This document shows, in pieces, positions 11,227 through 22,726 of a stretch of 49,617 bases of DNA. The DNA lies in contig JAUCBJ010007764.1 of NCBI GenBank assembly GCA_032718475.1, positions 1 to 49,617 on the forward strand, read 5' to 3'. The stretch is from Nemertoderma westbladi. Its lineage: Eukaryota > Animalia > Xenacoelomorpha. A model generated the notes under the pieces. That model was not told the origin of the DNA. It worked only from the letters and a program-made list of their open reading frames with translations, and ran no database searches. The translations under genes were made by a program, and so were the position numbers. Each line of letters opens with the position of its first letter. The first letter of the stretch is position 1.

Positions 11227-11645
11227 CAGCTGCTACGGCCGGCCACCCCGATCTGCTGCTATTTGTCCTGGACCGACTGTCCGGGCAACGGTTTCTGGTG
11301 GACACCGGGGCCGAGGTCAGCGTCATCCCGGCTATGACACACGAGGCACGCGCGGGCGGAAGCGGTCCGCCCCTCGTAGCCGCCAATAGCACCTCGATCA
11401 GGACATACGGACAACGCACAATTCCGCTGCGTTTCGGGACCCGCCAATTCGAGTGGCGGTTCACGGCCGCGGACGTGGACCAGCCTCTCCTCGGAGCCGA
11501 CTTCCTCCGGGCCAACAACCTGTTGGTTGATCTGAGAGGCCGCCGTCTGGTCGACGCCGAGACGTTGACCTCGATTCCATGCGGGCGGACCCCGGGACAC
11601 GCTCTCCACCTCGGTTCCGTCGCCTCCTCCGACAACGAGTTCGCT
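11199..11645 (+). CDS. pol: Start of pol (aspartic protease) reached by -1 frameshift; truncated
   Basis: FLVDTGAEVSV and PLLGADFL lie in the -1 frame relative to gag, with slippery G GGA AAC at 11199-11205. Confidence 0.8.
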
Positions 11646-11904
11646 AAAAACGTTAAAACGTTCGTTAAATTATGTATCTCGAAGATTGCTGAAAGGGTCT
11701 AACTGATGACGGAAAACTAAGTTGAACTGTGTTTATAACCGTGATTGCACATCTAAGTCCACCCACATCAGCTGTAATGCACCGCAATGTTTAATTACAA
11801 CTACCGACAAATAGGACTTGGATAATGCGGAGATTATTGAATGTCACACAGAATGTCAATTCAAGATCTATACTATGAAGGCTAAGCAAATATTTCTAAA
11901 TATT

Positions 11905-12105
11905 TCTTAACGGAACCTTAAAGGTGCCTTCTGGCGCATGGTGTAAAATACCTTAACGGAGAGTCCTCCGTTAGTGTAACGGAGCTTCGAGTCGCTGGCT
12001 TCCGTTAGTTAAAGCCGCCGTTAATTTAACGGAGGTTTCGTGTCGCTCATAATTTTAGTTAACGGCGCCGTTAGCACTAACGGAAATTCTTGTCGCCCGC
12101 CCCAG
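11905..12105. mobile_element. Probable PIF/Harbinger-type MITE end with TAACGG/CCGTTA subterminal repeats
   Basis: About 10 TAACGG/CCGTTA motifs in both orientations, ending in GCCCGCCCCAG. Confidence 0.45.
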
Positions 12106-12224
12106 GTTTTATTAACTGTGTTCGTCTCTCAGAAGCAAAGACACTATTCGAATTGCAATTATTACCGTCACTGCTATGTTAGGGGGGAGGCCAGCTGATC
12201 TAAGCACTACTGGGTTGTTCAAAT

Positions 12225-12870
12225 GTTTTATTTGTAAATCTTCAGATTTCCTTACTGTAAGAAAATCGTGTCTGTTTGTTTGTTTGTCTGTCTGACTGTC
12301 TGTTTGTCACATGAAAGGCTCCGAAACTATCCGGTCAATTGTGTTGTTTTTACCCTCCTGTAGTGTATGGTCTGAATGGGTGTATAATGCGATTTTCAGA
12401 AAAATACAGTCATTATAGTTTTTGCAAAAAAATGAAATAATCGAATAGTGCCATAGACGCAATGGTAAAATAACACCAATAACAGCTGGTATTCATGATG
12501 AAAAATGGCTATGTAATGGATTTTTACACAGGCTAAGTATAAATCGATGAGGTTGCCAAGATTATTGTACTTAGTAGGCCTACACCCATACTGTTTGCTT
12601 AGGCCCTACTTCCTAAACTCCACTCCCTTACAAACTTGAAATTCTTCATAGGGTATCATTAGTGTGTGTTATGCAGCTGATAGCCTTCTCAGTCAAGGTA
12701 TGGGCGAATGTGAATTTCTTACTAATTCCAGGTGAATGAATTTTAGTAATAATGTAGGCTTTCAACTGTAGTTCTGTACTGTAGGTTAATAATAATGAAT
12801 GGAGTGGGACACAACTATACACTATCTTTGTCTATGGACGGCTTTCTTATAGCCAGCTTGCTGGCTTTTT
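12225..12870 (+). mobile_element. Helentron/DINE-1-like non-autonomous element
   Basis: Subterminal inverted repeat TAAGAAAATCGT (12258) / ACGGCTTTCTTA (12838), GTTT/GTCT microsatellite near the 5' end, and a 3' hairpin AGCCAGCTTGCTGGCT followed by a T run. Confidence 0.6.
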
Positions 12871-12877
12871 ATAAATA

Positions 12878-13150
12878 AAAGTAAAGTAAAGTAAATTTTC
12901 TTCGGCCGCTAGGCCAGGGATTACGCACAAAGTCTGACGACTTATTTCCAGTGCGTTCCCCGCAGAACTTTACTCCCCAGAGGAAACTCCAGGACTCATT
13001 TAGCTACCACTTAAGGATGCAAGGCAGAGATGCGCCCTGGCTGGTCCCTTTAAAGCATTCGTGCCGAAACGAAAACTGCCCTGGCCCGTGAGGATCGAAC
13101 CCACGACCTACGGGAGATGTGAATTCAATGCAACCACTCCAAGGTGGAAC
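12878..13150 (-). mobile_element. tRNA-derived SINE, full-length copy with (TTTAC)n tail
   Basis: Near-identical to 2941-3208. GTAAA is repeated three times at the left end. Confidence 0.85.
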
Positions 13151-13159
13151 TTTATTTAT

Positions 13160-13505
13160 AATATATTGACTGTGTTCGTCTCTCAGAAGCAAAGACACCA
13201 AACGAATTGCAATAAATATCGAAAAACTACTAAAAGTACCGAAAATATTCACTGCATTGCGGTGAAAATTACTTTATACAGAGCCCAGGAACACGCTGAA
13301 TCCAACGGTATTTTCCCCATATCGCGAGAGCCAGTCGTTTGGGAGGAGATAGAGGAACAAACAAACATACACAATTTGAGCTTGACCCAACTAACCACTA
13401 TGTTTGTCTATGCACAGCCTTCTTTTTATATATTAACTGTGTTCGTCTCTCAGAAGTAAAGACACCAAACGAATTGCAATAAATATCGAAAAACTACTAA
13501 AAAAT
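13160..13505 (-). mobile_element. Short Helitron-like repeat in head-to-tail arrangement
   Basis: ACTGTGTTCGTCTCTCAGAAG(C/T)AAAGACAC recurs at about 12116, 13169 and 13436. The unit of about 267 bp contains an ACAAAC microsatellite. Confidence 0.45.
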
Positions 13506-13740
13506 TCCCGTCAGTTGGTTTGAATCATTATAGACCCATTTTACTCAACACTAATAAATTCAGATAGACCCACTTTTTAACCGCGTTTTACAAACAGACC
13601 GTTTATCATCGTTTAATAAGCCTCAGTGATACCATACTATATGTGAAAGGATAGCTAGGTAAATTTGGAGTCACACATCCACCAGAATACAGAATATGTG
13701 TTCTTATAAATATAAACGATGAATCTACACTCACCCAGTA

Positions 13741-13831
13741 CGATCCTAAAACTATTTAAAGAAAACGATCCTAAATCTATTTAAAGAAAACGATCCTAAA
13801 CCTATTTAAAGAAAACGATCCTAAACCTATT
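13741..13831. repeat. 25-bp tandem repeat, about 3.6 copies
   Basis: CGATCCTAAA(A/T/C)CTATTTAAAGAAAA units. Confidence 0.9.
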
Positions 13832-14262
13832 CCTAAATCACAGTAGATTTTCTAGTACAAATCACTGCAGCTCTCTGATGCTTATTCCCCATCTCGTGCT
13901 GCGCGAAGGCTCAACGAATGTGTCACTAATGCTGCATGCAGTGCTGTTCAACTAATTTTGTAGTGACAATTTAACTAAACCCAACTAAATAATTAAAAAT
14001 GACTAGTTAACTAACTTTTTCAACTAATTCTGAGGTGTCTAGTTAAATAAAAGTTCAAAAGTTAACTAAAACTTAACTAAAACACAATTTTGAAAAATTC
14101 ATGTAACCATGTCGTCAACAGGGACTGGTGGCTTATCACCCGCCGTCGAAGGTCTCGCTCTCGAGGTTACTCATTAGGGATTCTTCCAGATAATACTGTA
14201 ATAGGGATAACTGATAAAATAAAGTAACAGTACAGCAGTAAGGAACACGAACAGAGACAATA

Positions 14263-15452
14263 ATGCACCATAATGAAATTTATAACAATATAACACATTG
14301 ATGAAAGATCAATGACTCAAAAAAGAACTTACTGCATGCATCAAATGTCATCAAATGGGTCCAAACTTAGTTAGATACCAAAATTTTAATTTTTGGGTCA
14401 AGGGAACTAGTGCCACAGGCACATGGCCAGAACCTACCATTTGGCGCAAGTGGTGATAATTCTCAATTTTTGCGATGGCCAACTTTGAGTTCTCCTACGG
14501 CATTCAAATTATGCTCATTAGAACCGCAATGACCGACTTAGTGGGGGTAGACACCATCAAAACAAGCATAGAGCGAATAGTTCTTGAGATATCCCAGAAA
14601 ATGTGAAGTCCGGCACAAGTCTACATTACCGCCTTGATGTGATATGGACAAATACACTAAAAATTATATTTTGAATTATCTCAAGGAATCAAGAATAGAC
14701 ACATCACAGAAATGATCGATATAGTGGGTGAAGACACCTTCAAAATAAGAGTAGAGTCATTAGTTATTGAGTTATTTTACAAAATGTCAAGACTATGTCC
14801 ACCAATTAATACTTGATATTGAGTTGACCCATTCCACACATTTTGTACAAAAACTATAGTGAATTAATCACTACTCTTTAATTTTGAAGGTGTCTGTATA
14901 CACTAAATCAATTTGTTGCAGTGATGTGTATATTTTTGATGCCTGAAGATATTTAGAAGTAACGTTTTTGTGTATTTGTCTATAAATCATCAAGGCGGTA
15001 ATGTTGACTTGTGACATACTTAAAATTTTCTGCAATATCTCAAGAACTATTCGCTCTATGCTTGTTTTGATGGTGTCTACCCCCACTAAATCGGTCATTG
15101 CGGTTCTAATGAGCATAATATTACTGCCGTAGGAGAACTAAAAGTTGTCCATCACCAAAATTGAGAATAATCATCACTTGCGCCAAAGTGTAGGTTCTGG
15201 TCATGTGCCTGTGGCACTACTTCACTTGATCCAAAAATTGAAATTTTGGTGTCAAACTAAGTTTGGACCCATTTGATGACATTTGATGCATGCAGGAAGT
15301 TCTTTTTTATGTCATTGATCTTTCATCAATGTGTTATATTGTTATAAATTTCATTATGGTGCATCGCGATGGCACAAAATTTCAACCCTCTTGGGATCCG
15401 TTAAGATATAGACGAAATTTAAAGAAATTTTTTTGCCTTATTTTTTTACCAT
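14263..15452. mobile_element. Foldback/palindromic non-autonomous DNA element, copy 2
   Basis: ATGCACC(14263)...GGTGCAT(15364) inverted arms of about 500 bp. The core is inverted relative to copy 1. Confidence 0.85.
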
Positions 15453-15871
15453 TCCTCTTCTGAAAACCGTTTTGAATCTCAACAAAAATTGCCACAAAAT
15501 ACTAAGGTGTCAATTTTGAGTCGTAAATCGCTATATTTTTATGTTAAATGTTAAGCATAATATATTGTGTCATGACCCGAGTGAATTTATGTACAGAGCG
15601 AGCATATTAATGAGATAAGTTTACATAAAAAATATTGTAGGGTCTGTATCTGCAATCATATTGCTGAAATCTGCAATATCTCCTTCCTCCCCATGATCAT
15701 ACACAGTGTAGTTGAGTAGAAAAGTAAATTAAGTGAAGTAGTAATTTTTACCAATTTATCAGATTTTTGATGGGTTTTTAGGTTGAAAATAAGTATTGAT
15801 TTTATGCATTTAATAGCAGTTACTACAACTAACAAAAACGACAAAGCTGTACAATTAGCATAGAACGGCTA

Positions 15872-16701
15872 CACATCATGTCCCAGAATATAGTGTCGTA
15901 ATTCAGTGACCCCCCCCCCCCCCCCCTAATTTGTCTACAAATCTTAATGAGATTGCACGAAATTTGAAACAGAGATAGTTTCACCTCCCGACCACTGACT
16001 GGGTGAGCCAGAATTTTTATTTTCTACAAGCGTTTAAAAAAAGTGTCTCCAGCGATATTACACCAGTTACACCGCAGTTATTCTTCTACCTTATAGCTGT
16101 TTGTTGGTACCAATGGAAAGTTGGCCCTACAAGGATTCCAAATATGTAACATAATTTGAATTTCATGGGCGTTCAAATGTTGCATGGTTTTGCACCGGCG
16201 CGAGGCTATTTTATTCTATTTAATAAATGCATCATATTCTGGAATATTTTGTTTATCAAAATACGTAGCTGGGCAACAATGCATTACATCTTTAATCATA
16301 CTATTAGTGTTCCAGAATATGGTTTAAAACAACTTCGCGACGGTGCAAAACCATGCAACATTTGAACGCTCCTATCTCAGCTATTTTTCAACGAAATTCA
16401 AATTATATTACATATTTGGAATCCTTGTAGGGCCAACTTTCCATTGGTACCAACAAACAGCTATAAGGTAGAAGAATAACTGCGGTGTAACTGGTGTAAT
16501 ATCGCTGGATACACTTTTTTTAAACGCTTGTAGCTAAAGATTAAAAGCCAAAATAAAAATTCTGGCTCACCCAGTTAGTGGTCGGGAGGTGAAACTAACT
16601 CTGTTCCAAATTTCATGCAATCTCATTAAGATTTGTAGAAAAATTAAGGGGGGGGGGGGGGGGTGTCACTGAATTACGACACTATATTCTGGGACATTGT
16701 G
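15872..16701. mobile_element. Tc1/mariner-type MITE with long inverted arms and TA flanks
   Basis: TA|CACATCATGTCCCAGAATATAGTGTCG ... CGACACTATATTCTGGGACATTGTG|TA. Arms are about 330-360 bp and near-perfect. Confidence 0.85.
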
Positions 16702-17490
16702 TACGGCGTTACAATAAATTCACCAGCGATGGGGAATCTACGTAATGTAACGAAACTATAATAAATGCAGGTTTATATTTAAATTGTGGAACTACGTAGA
16801 CGAACATGTCGCGAATAACTTTACGTTTACGGGTTTCGATCCTCGTATATTTGCAATCACTCGGTATTTTGTTCGAATAACGACAACTCTGATCTGCACA
16901 CTGTAGTGTTACTTTACTAACTAGTTTGTAAATAGTCTACTTATTTTCAGAAAATGTTTGCTTGCTTGTTATTAAAATACAATTACAAGTAAACCTTAAG
17001 CCCGGAAAATAACGATAAATTATTTATTAAATAAATATTAACAAATATTTATTGCATGGAAGAAAAATAGCGCTTTATTTCCGCCGACATATAATAGGGC
17101 CTACACTAATAATACATGAGGTAAAATAAACTGATTTATCGTGTAATACGTTTAATTATTCATCTAATTGCCTTTCCTTCTCTCGAAAATGGAACAGCAA
17201 AGTAAATAGTATATCATTTATTTATTTTATAGAATTTAGAAATACCCTCTAGTCCATAAGTGGGTCGAGCAAACAGGAAGTCGTGGGAACGAATCTCGGT
17301 TAATAATTTAACAATTATTTTTAACACAGCAAATAAGTAAATCACACGTTTTTCTAAGGGATAAATTTTCTACAATCGGGAAAAAAGTACTATGTCTTAA
17401 ATACTGAAACTTTACATAAAGAGCGAGATATAAAGGCAAGGCAATTTAATGAATACAATTATTTCTGGGTATATTAGAAAGGTAAATGTA

Positions 17491-19168
17491 TTAATGTTGC
17501 GACCACTGTATTGTCTTTATGTCAACACCTTCCTGAATCATCTCCCATAACGGACTCATTTCCCTCAATCGGTTAACGTGTTTGATTGTGAGAGCTGCGG
17601 TGTAATCAACCTCCTCCTCGGTGGTAAATCTACCGATACCGAAACGTATAGAGGAGTGCGCCAAGTCGTCGTCCGTTCCGATAGCTCGGAGAACGTACGA
17701 CGGTTCCAACGACGCCGATGTGCAAGCCGAACCCGAACTCAAAGCGACGTCCTTCAGAGCCATCAGCAAACTCTCCCCTTCGATCGCACCAAAGGAAAGA
17801 TTAACGCAACCGGGGTAGGTTCGCACGGGGTCCCCGTTAACCACCACGTGAGTCAGCTCCGAGGTCACCCGCTCGACCAGTCGCGTAGACAACCGAGTCA
17901 CATGCTGCAGGTCGTACTGCATCTCGGCTCGGGAGACCGCCGCCGCGGAACCGAACCCCACGACCAACGGCGCCGGCACAGTGCCGCTACGTATACCCCG
18001 CTCCTGCCCCCCTCCCGACTGCAAGGCCTCCACTCGCACCCGAGGACGTCGCCGCAGATACAAGGCCCCCACCCCCTTGGGTCCGTACAGCTTGTGTCCG
18101 CTTATGGACATTAGATCGATGTTGGACGCGTCCACATCCAACGGGATCTTACCTGCTGCTTGGGCGGCGTCCGTGTGGAAGAATACTTTGTGTTTCCGGC
18201 AGATTGACCCGATTTCGGAAACAGGTTGGACTACTCCTATCTCGTTGTTTACAGCCATTATAGAGACTAGAACCGTGTCTGGACGAATAGCAGACTCCAG
18301 TTCCGAGAGGTCAATAATACCCGAGTGTTGGACCGGTAGGTAAGTCACCTGGAGGGAGGTGAGTATATTAATAATAAAAAATTCATGAGACATAAATAAA
18401 TGATAAGCTATTTACATTAAAAGGTAAGCAGGAAGTGTCTGACCATGTCTGGAAATAGCGGCAAAAATACTTTTAATATTTTTTAATTATAAATTAAACA
18501 TTAAATTCGACAAAAATTTACAGGTTTAGAAAGAATATTATGGGATGGATGGGCGTTACATAATTTAGGCCTTAGGCCCTTTTACTAGTTGCAGTAACAA
18601 CCACGCCTACCTCTATACCCTCAGCTTCCATGGCCCGACATGAATCCAACACACATTTATGTTCGATTTGACTAGCTATTATGTGTTTCTTGTATTTCTT
18701 ATAGAAACGACTGACTCCTTTAATCGCGATGTTATTGGACTCGGTGGCGCCGCTAGTGAATATTATCTCCTTGGGATCCGCATTAATTAGATCTGCGACG
18801 TGTTTGCGAGCGGTTTCTACAGCGGCCTCCGTCTCCCAGCCGTAGTAATGCGTTCTGGAATGCGGGTTACCGTAGTGACTAACTGTGTAGGGCATCATAG
18901 CGTCTATAACACGCGGGTCCATCGGTGTCGTACTCTGAGCGTCCAGATACAACGGACGGAACTCGGTTCCGATTAGTTCCGGACGCGGAGTTTCCGGTTC
19001 GGTTTGGTTGCGGATAGGGGAGGAAGTGAACGAGCGCAAAGAGGTTAACGAGTTCCTCCGACATAATACCGGTAATAAACGCAACCCGGAGGTTGTATTC
19101 TGATTATTATAAATAGTATTAATCTTTGTGCGACGAAATTTTATGACTGGAATGCGAAGAAGACTCAT
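17491..19168 (-). CDS. NFS1: Mitochondrial cysteine desulfurase; exons 19168-18611 and 18348-17491 (471 aa)
   Basis: [32 protein letters not shown] lysine [10 protein letters not shown], catalytic SSGSACTS and C-terminal IQWSQH. GT donor at 18610 and CAG acceptor at 18349 give an in-frame EGIE|VTYLP. Arg/Ser-rich presequence. Confidence 0.95.
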
Positions 19169-19643
19169 TGTTACCGGTATATCTTTAATCTTTGTGGAGA
19201 GAAACACAGTATAGAGTGTAGAGCGTTAGGCAGTTAGGCCCTATATAATAACCCGGATCGGGGAAGAGATACCGGTCAGCCGGTAGGCTTAACGGTACCG
19301 GTAATCATAATAATACCAATATTACTGTATTACCGGTACCAAACATAACCCAGTATCCAGTATCCACCGTTCAGTCGTTATAAGAAACATGAAACAATTA
19401 AACAATACTGCTGTACTGTTGTAGTACTGTAGTAGTAGCAATAAACCAGACCGGCAGACTGCAGGACTGGTGTTGAAAAGTATACCGGTACGGTACTGCA
19501 ATACTGTATCCACCTGTACCCGGGGATATAAAGTTAGACTTAAGAGTAGAGTTACATACAGTACAGATGCCTTCACTGAGTCATCCATCAGTCCATGGGC
19601 CCCACAATTTGGAACTCCCTGCCTCCTGAAATCCGCATTGCAC

Positions 19644-20684
19644 CAGGGCCGTATATCTATATAGGGGGGGGGGGGGGGGGGGGGGGGGAGCAGGCCCCCA
19701 CCATTGAGGGCCGCCCCACCACAGAGGGCCCCCCACCACGATCCCACAACTTAAAAAAAAAATTGTAATAAACTATTATATTATGAAGATGTTTCATTTT
19801 CAGGCGAACCCCAGTACCGCAGTACCCCAGTATCACTCGTCCTAATCACTGAAACATGGTGATTGCTGACTGGTAACTGAAACAGAAGGTCGAGCTACGG
19901 GCCTTCGGGGGGCTTCGAACAATTAAAAAAGGCAAGCTATTTACTCTTCTGCTACTTCTAGCACCTATAAATGAACATGCTGACGTCAGATTTTGGCTGA
20001 CCCCCTCCCCTCATCAACACGTCATCAGATTTTCCCAACCCCCCCCCCCCCCCCCCTAAAGTGCTGACGTCATACTTGGACGGCCCCAAGTTAGTGTCTG
20101 GAAATATGTTTTTCAAGGAAATTTCCGACAAATTTTCGGAAAAGTATATTTAATCCGTAGTTATGACCACAAGAGCCACGATAGTGTTTATATATATAAT
20201 GTTTACTATACCTATAGTGTTTACTCTACTTGTGTTTTAATATATTATGTTTTCAGAATGTGCTTAATAAAATATGATATTTTCGGAAAATGTATAGGAA
20301 TTTCCAAACATTAACTGACTCCCATCCCTACTATTTACATTCAGGTTTTTTGAAAGGTATTTGCAATAAAATAGATTGAAAAGTAAGGGTAATGAAAACG
20401 AGAGAAAATGTGTCTTTCGGCATAGTACAGTATAGTGAGCGCCGCTGTCCCATAGGGCTAATGTAAAAATACTCTCTCTTGGAAGACGATTTTCTGAGAA
20501 ATACACTTGGGCACATATTGGCCAATATAAATCCAGGGGAATGGCTAATTCAATTCGTACTGTATAGTATAGTATAGTCTGTGAGAAGTGCTTGGCGCCG
20601 TATGTGCAAACCTCATACAGTAGAGCCCAGGCCCCCCACCACTGACCCGGCCCCAGGCCACTCACCACTCTAAATCCGGCCCTG
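19644..20684. mobile_element. hAT-type non-autonomous element with 8-bp TSD
   Basis: TIR CAGGGCCG...CGGCCCTG, flanked by CATTGCAC (19636-19643) and CATAGCAC (20685-20692), with GGCCCC subterminal motifs. Confidence 0.8.
19975..20087. mobile_element. Harbinger-like MITE fragment nested in the hAT element
   Basis: Ends GCTGACGTCATACTTGGACGGCCCC, with repeated TGACGTCA and poly-C. Confidence 0.45.
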
Positions 20685-21624
20685 CATAGCACTATCGGAT
20701 CGGTCAGTCGGTTGAAACGTTCAAACGAACTGAAATAAGCGTCTATTTGGAAATAATAACTACTGTCTATTTAGATTTCACATTTTCATATGATTTATGA
20801 TTTCGCAAATATTTAATATTACTTACTTGTGACTACTGGACTAATAACTGCTGTATGCGCCACTTCTTTTTATATTAAATAAATCATATACTGTACATAA
20901 TTTCCTACCAAATGACTTTCCTTTTAAATTCTTAAATCGACTGTACGGCGTACGTAATGAATGCCCTGCCATTTTAGTTTTTTAAATCCACTGTATACAA
21001 ATGCCCTATCTAATATATTGTATTACATAATAATTTTTTTATTTTTTATTTTTTTATTTTTATTTTTGTTATTTATTTTGTAATTAACAAACTACTACTG
21101 TATGAGACAAAAGTTATAATACAAAATAGCTATATATTTTAAATTAATTTTGAACTAATTCATCGGTGGTTGTCCCCGAACTAATAATGATAATGAATGG
21201 TGGCACAATTCTTATTTTGATTTATATTTTTTCTTTTTTTTTTAATCTATAACAACTATTAACACTAGCTTAATATTTTTTATATTACAGTAGAAAATTC
21301 GAGGACCCCCATGAGGCTATCCTCAAAGTATACACAGTATACTATTATACAATTAGTACGTAACTACTGTAATTTTAGCAGTCTTTGTCAGTTCGTATCA
21401 ATGTACATTTTATTGATTGCGTATTAGCTTTAATAAAAAAAACCTCAACCTCAACCTCAAAGGTGGACATTTTTATCACTTCTCCCATATTACAGCAGAA
21501 GTGACAGTGACGGGCCAAATTCTACTTAATAAAACAGTAAAATATATGGTTACTTGCCTTACTGCAGTACTGTACTGTTAAATATATTTTAAATAAATAT
21601 ATTTTACAAAAAACTATTTTCCTT

Positions 21625-22265
21625 AACTTTTTTCGCCGGGAAAAAAGTAAAATCAATGCAATCCTATGGGTTACTTTTTTTCCCTAGGGAAAAAAGTGAA
21701 ACTTTTTCTCCCGATTTTGGGATATATTCGAGCAAAAAATAACAATTAAAGAATAAAATATATTCTGTCATTCCCCCATGCCCAAAATAACGTTACGTAA
21801 AGTAACAATAATTTTAATTTCAGTGGCTGATTGTGCCCAATTTTTAATTATTTTTCACCCGGGTGAAAAACATTTATCACCCGGGTGAAAAGCATGTGTC
21901 AGAACTTTGAATACATGTACTCATGCACAGCATGTGCAGTAGTTAAGTTTCCTTATAAAATAATCTAAAATCGAAAGCCAATTTTGATCCATATTCACTC
22001 TTAGCGAATTAATATCTCGACCAATCATAATAATCAATAAGGGAAAATGATCAGTTTACAGTGGGATGTTATTCAAGCCAAAACAATCAACGAAAGTCAA
22101 CAGTTAAACATATATAAATATTTTTCACCCTGGCACTTGGGTGATAAATGTCTTTCACCCGGGTGATAAATGTTTTCACTCGGGTGAAAAAGGTTTTTCA
22201 CCCGGGTAATAAATGTTTTTCACCTGGGTCGCCGGCTGATAAATATTTTTCACCCGGGTGAAAAA
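21625..22265. repeat. Array of palindromes TTTTCACCCGGGTGAAAA
   Basis: Copies at about 21851, 21877 and roughly seven between 22122 and 22265 at about 21-bp spacing. Related ACTTTTTT...AAAAAAGT palindromes at 21625-21700. Confidence 0.8.
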
Positions 22266-22726
22266 CATTAAAAAATGGAAATAATTGGAAACTTGGAAAA
22301 TTGGGAAACTATCACACTACCCACAGGCGCCACTTTTTTATGGAAAACATCAGCGTTATTTTACTTGCCTGTCTTGGGTTACTTAATGACTTGGTTTTTG
22401 GGATGTTTTGTACAGGAGGTAGGTACTGTAGGGTTTGTTGGCCAGGCACAAATCCAACCACATGTAGTTTATATATTGGGAATAAATTACTGCTTTAATT
22501 AGGGTTTGGGCCACCACTAGGTTACCAGGTTGGGTAACCTGCGAGGCCCACGAGAACCCTGCAAAAGTGGCTCCTCTATTGTGATATCCGCGAAAATTTC
22601 GAAATAAAAAGTTATTATTTCTCGTAATATTGTGAAAGTTTATGACCAAATATTAGGGATTACAGAAAATTTATTTTTTAAAATGAGCTTTTAACCTTCT
22701 TTTGTCTATTAGCATGGAAATAGGTC

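Larger units (their letters stand above)
10256..11645 (+). mobile_element. Ty3/Gypsy LTR retrotransposon B (CsRn1-like), nested in A and 3'-truncated
   Basis: 140-bp LTR TGTGGC(10256)...GCCACA(10395), PBS TGGTGACCCGAC at 10397, gag 10486-11226, protease in the -1 frame. Confidence 0.9.

Noticed and set aside
11695-11725. Hammerhead ribozyme core (CTGATGA...GAAA)
   Set aside because: Only two bases separate the motifs and I could not find flanking stems I and III.
13939-14090. AACTAA-rich stretch starting CAGTG (possible hAT end)
   Set aside because: No partner terminus or TSD found.
17578-18343. Plus-strand ORFs overlapping NFS1 (likewise antisense ORFs over CYP, gag B, PUS7 and the zinc-finger exon)
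   Set aside because: Shadow ORFs of real coding regions with no recognisable motifs.
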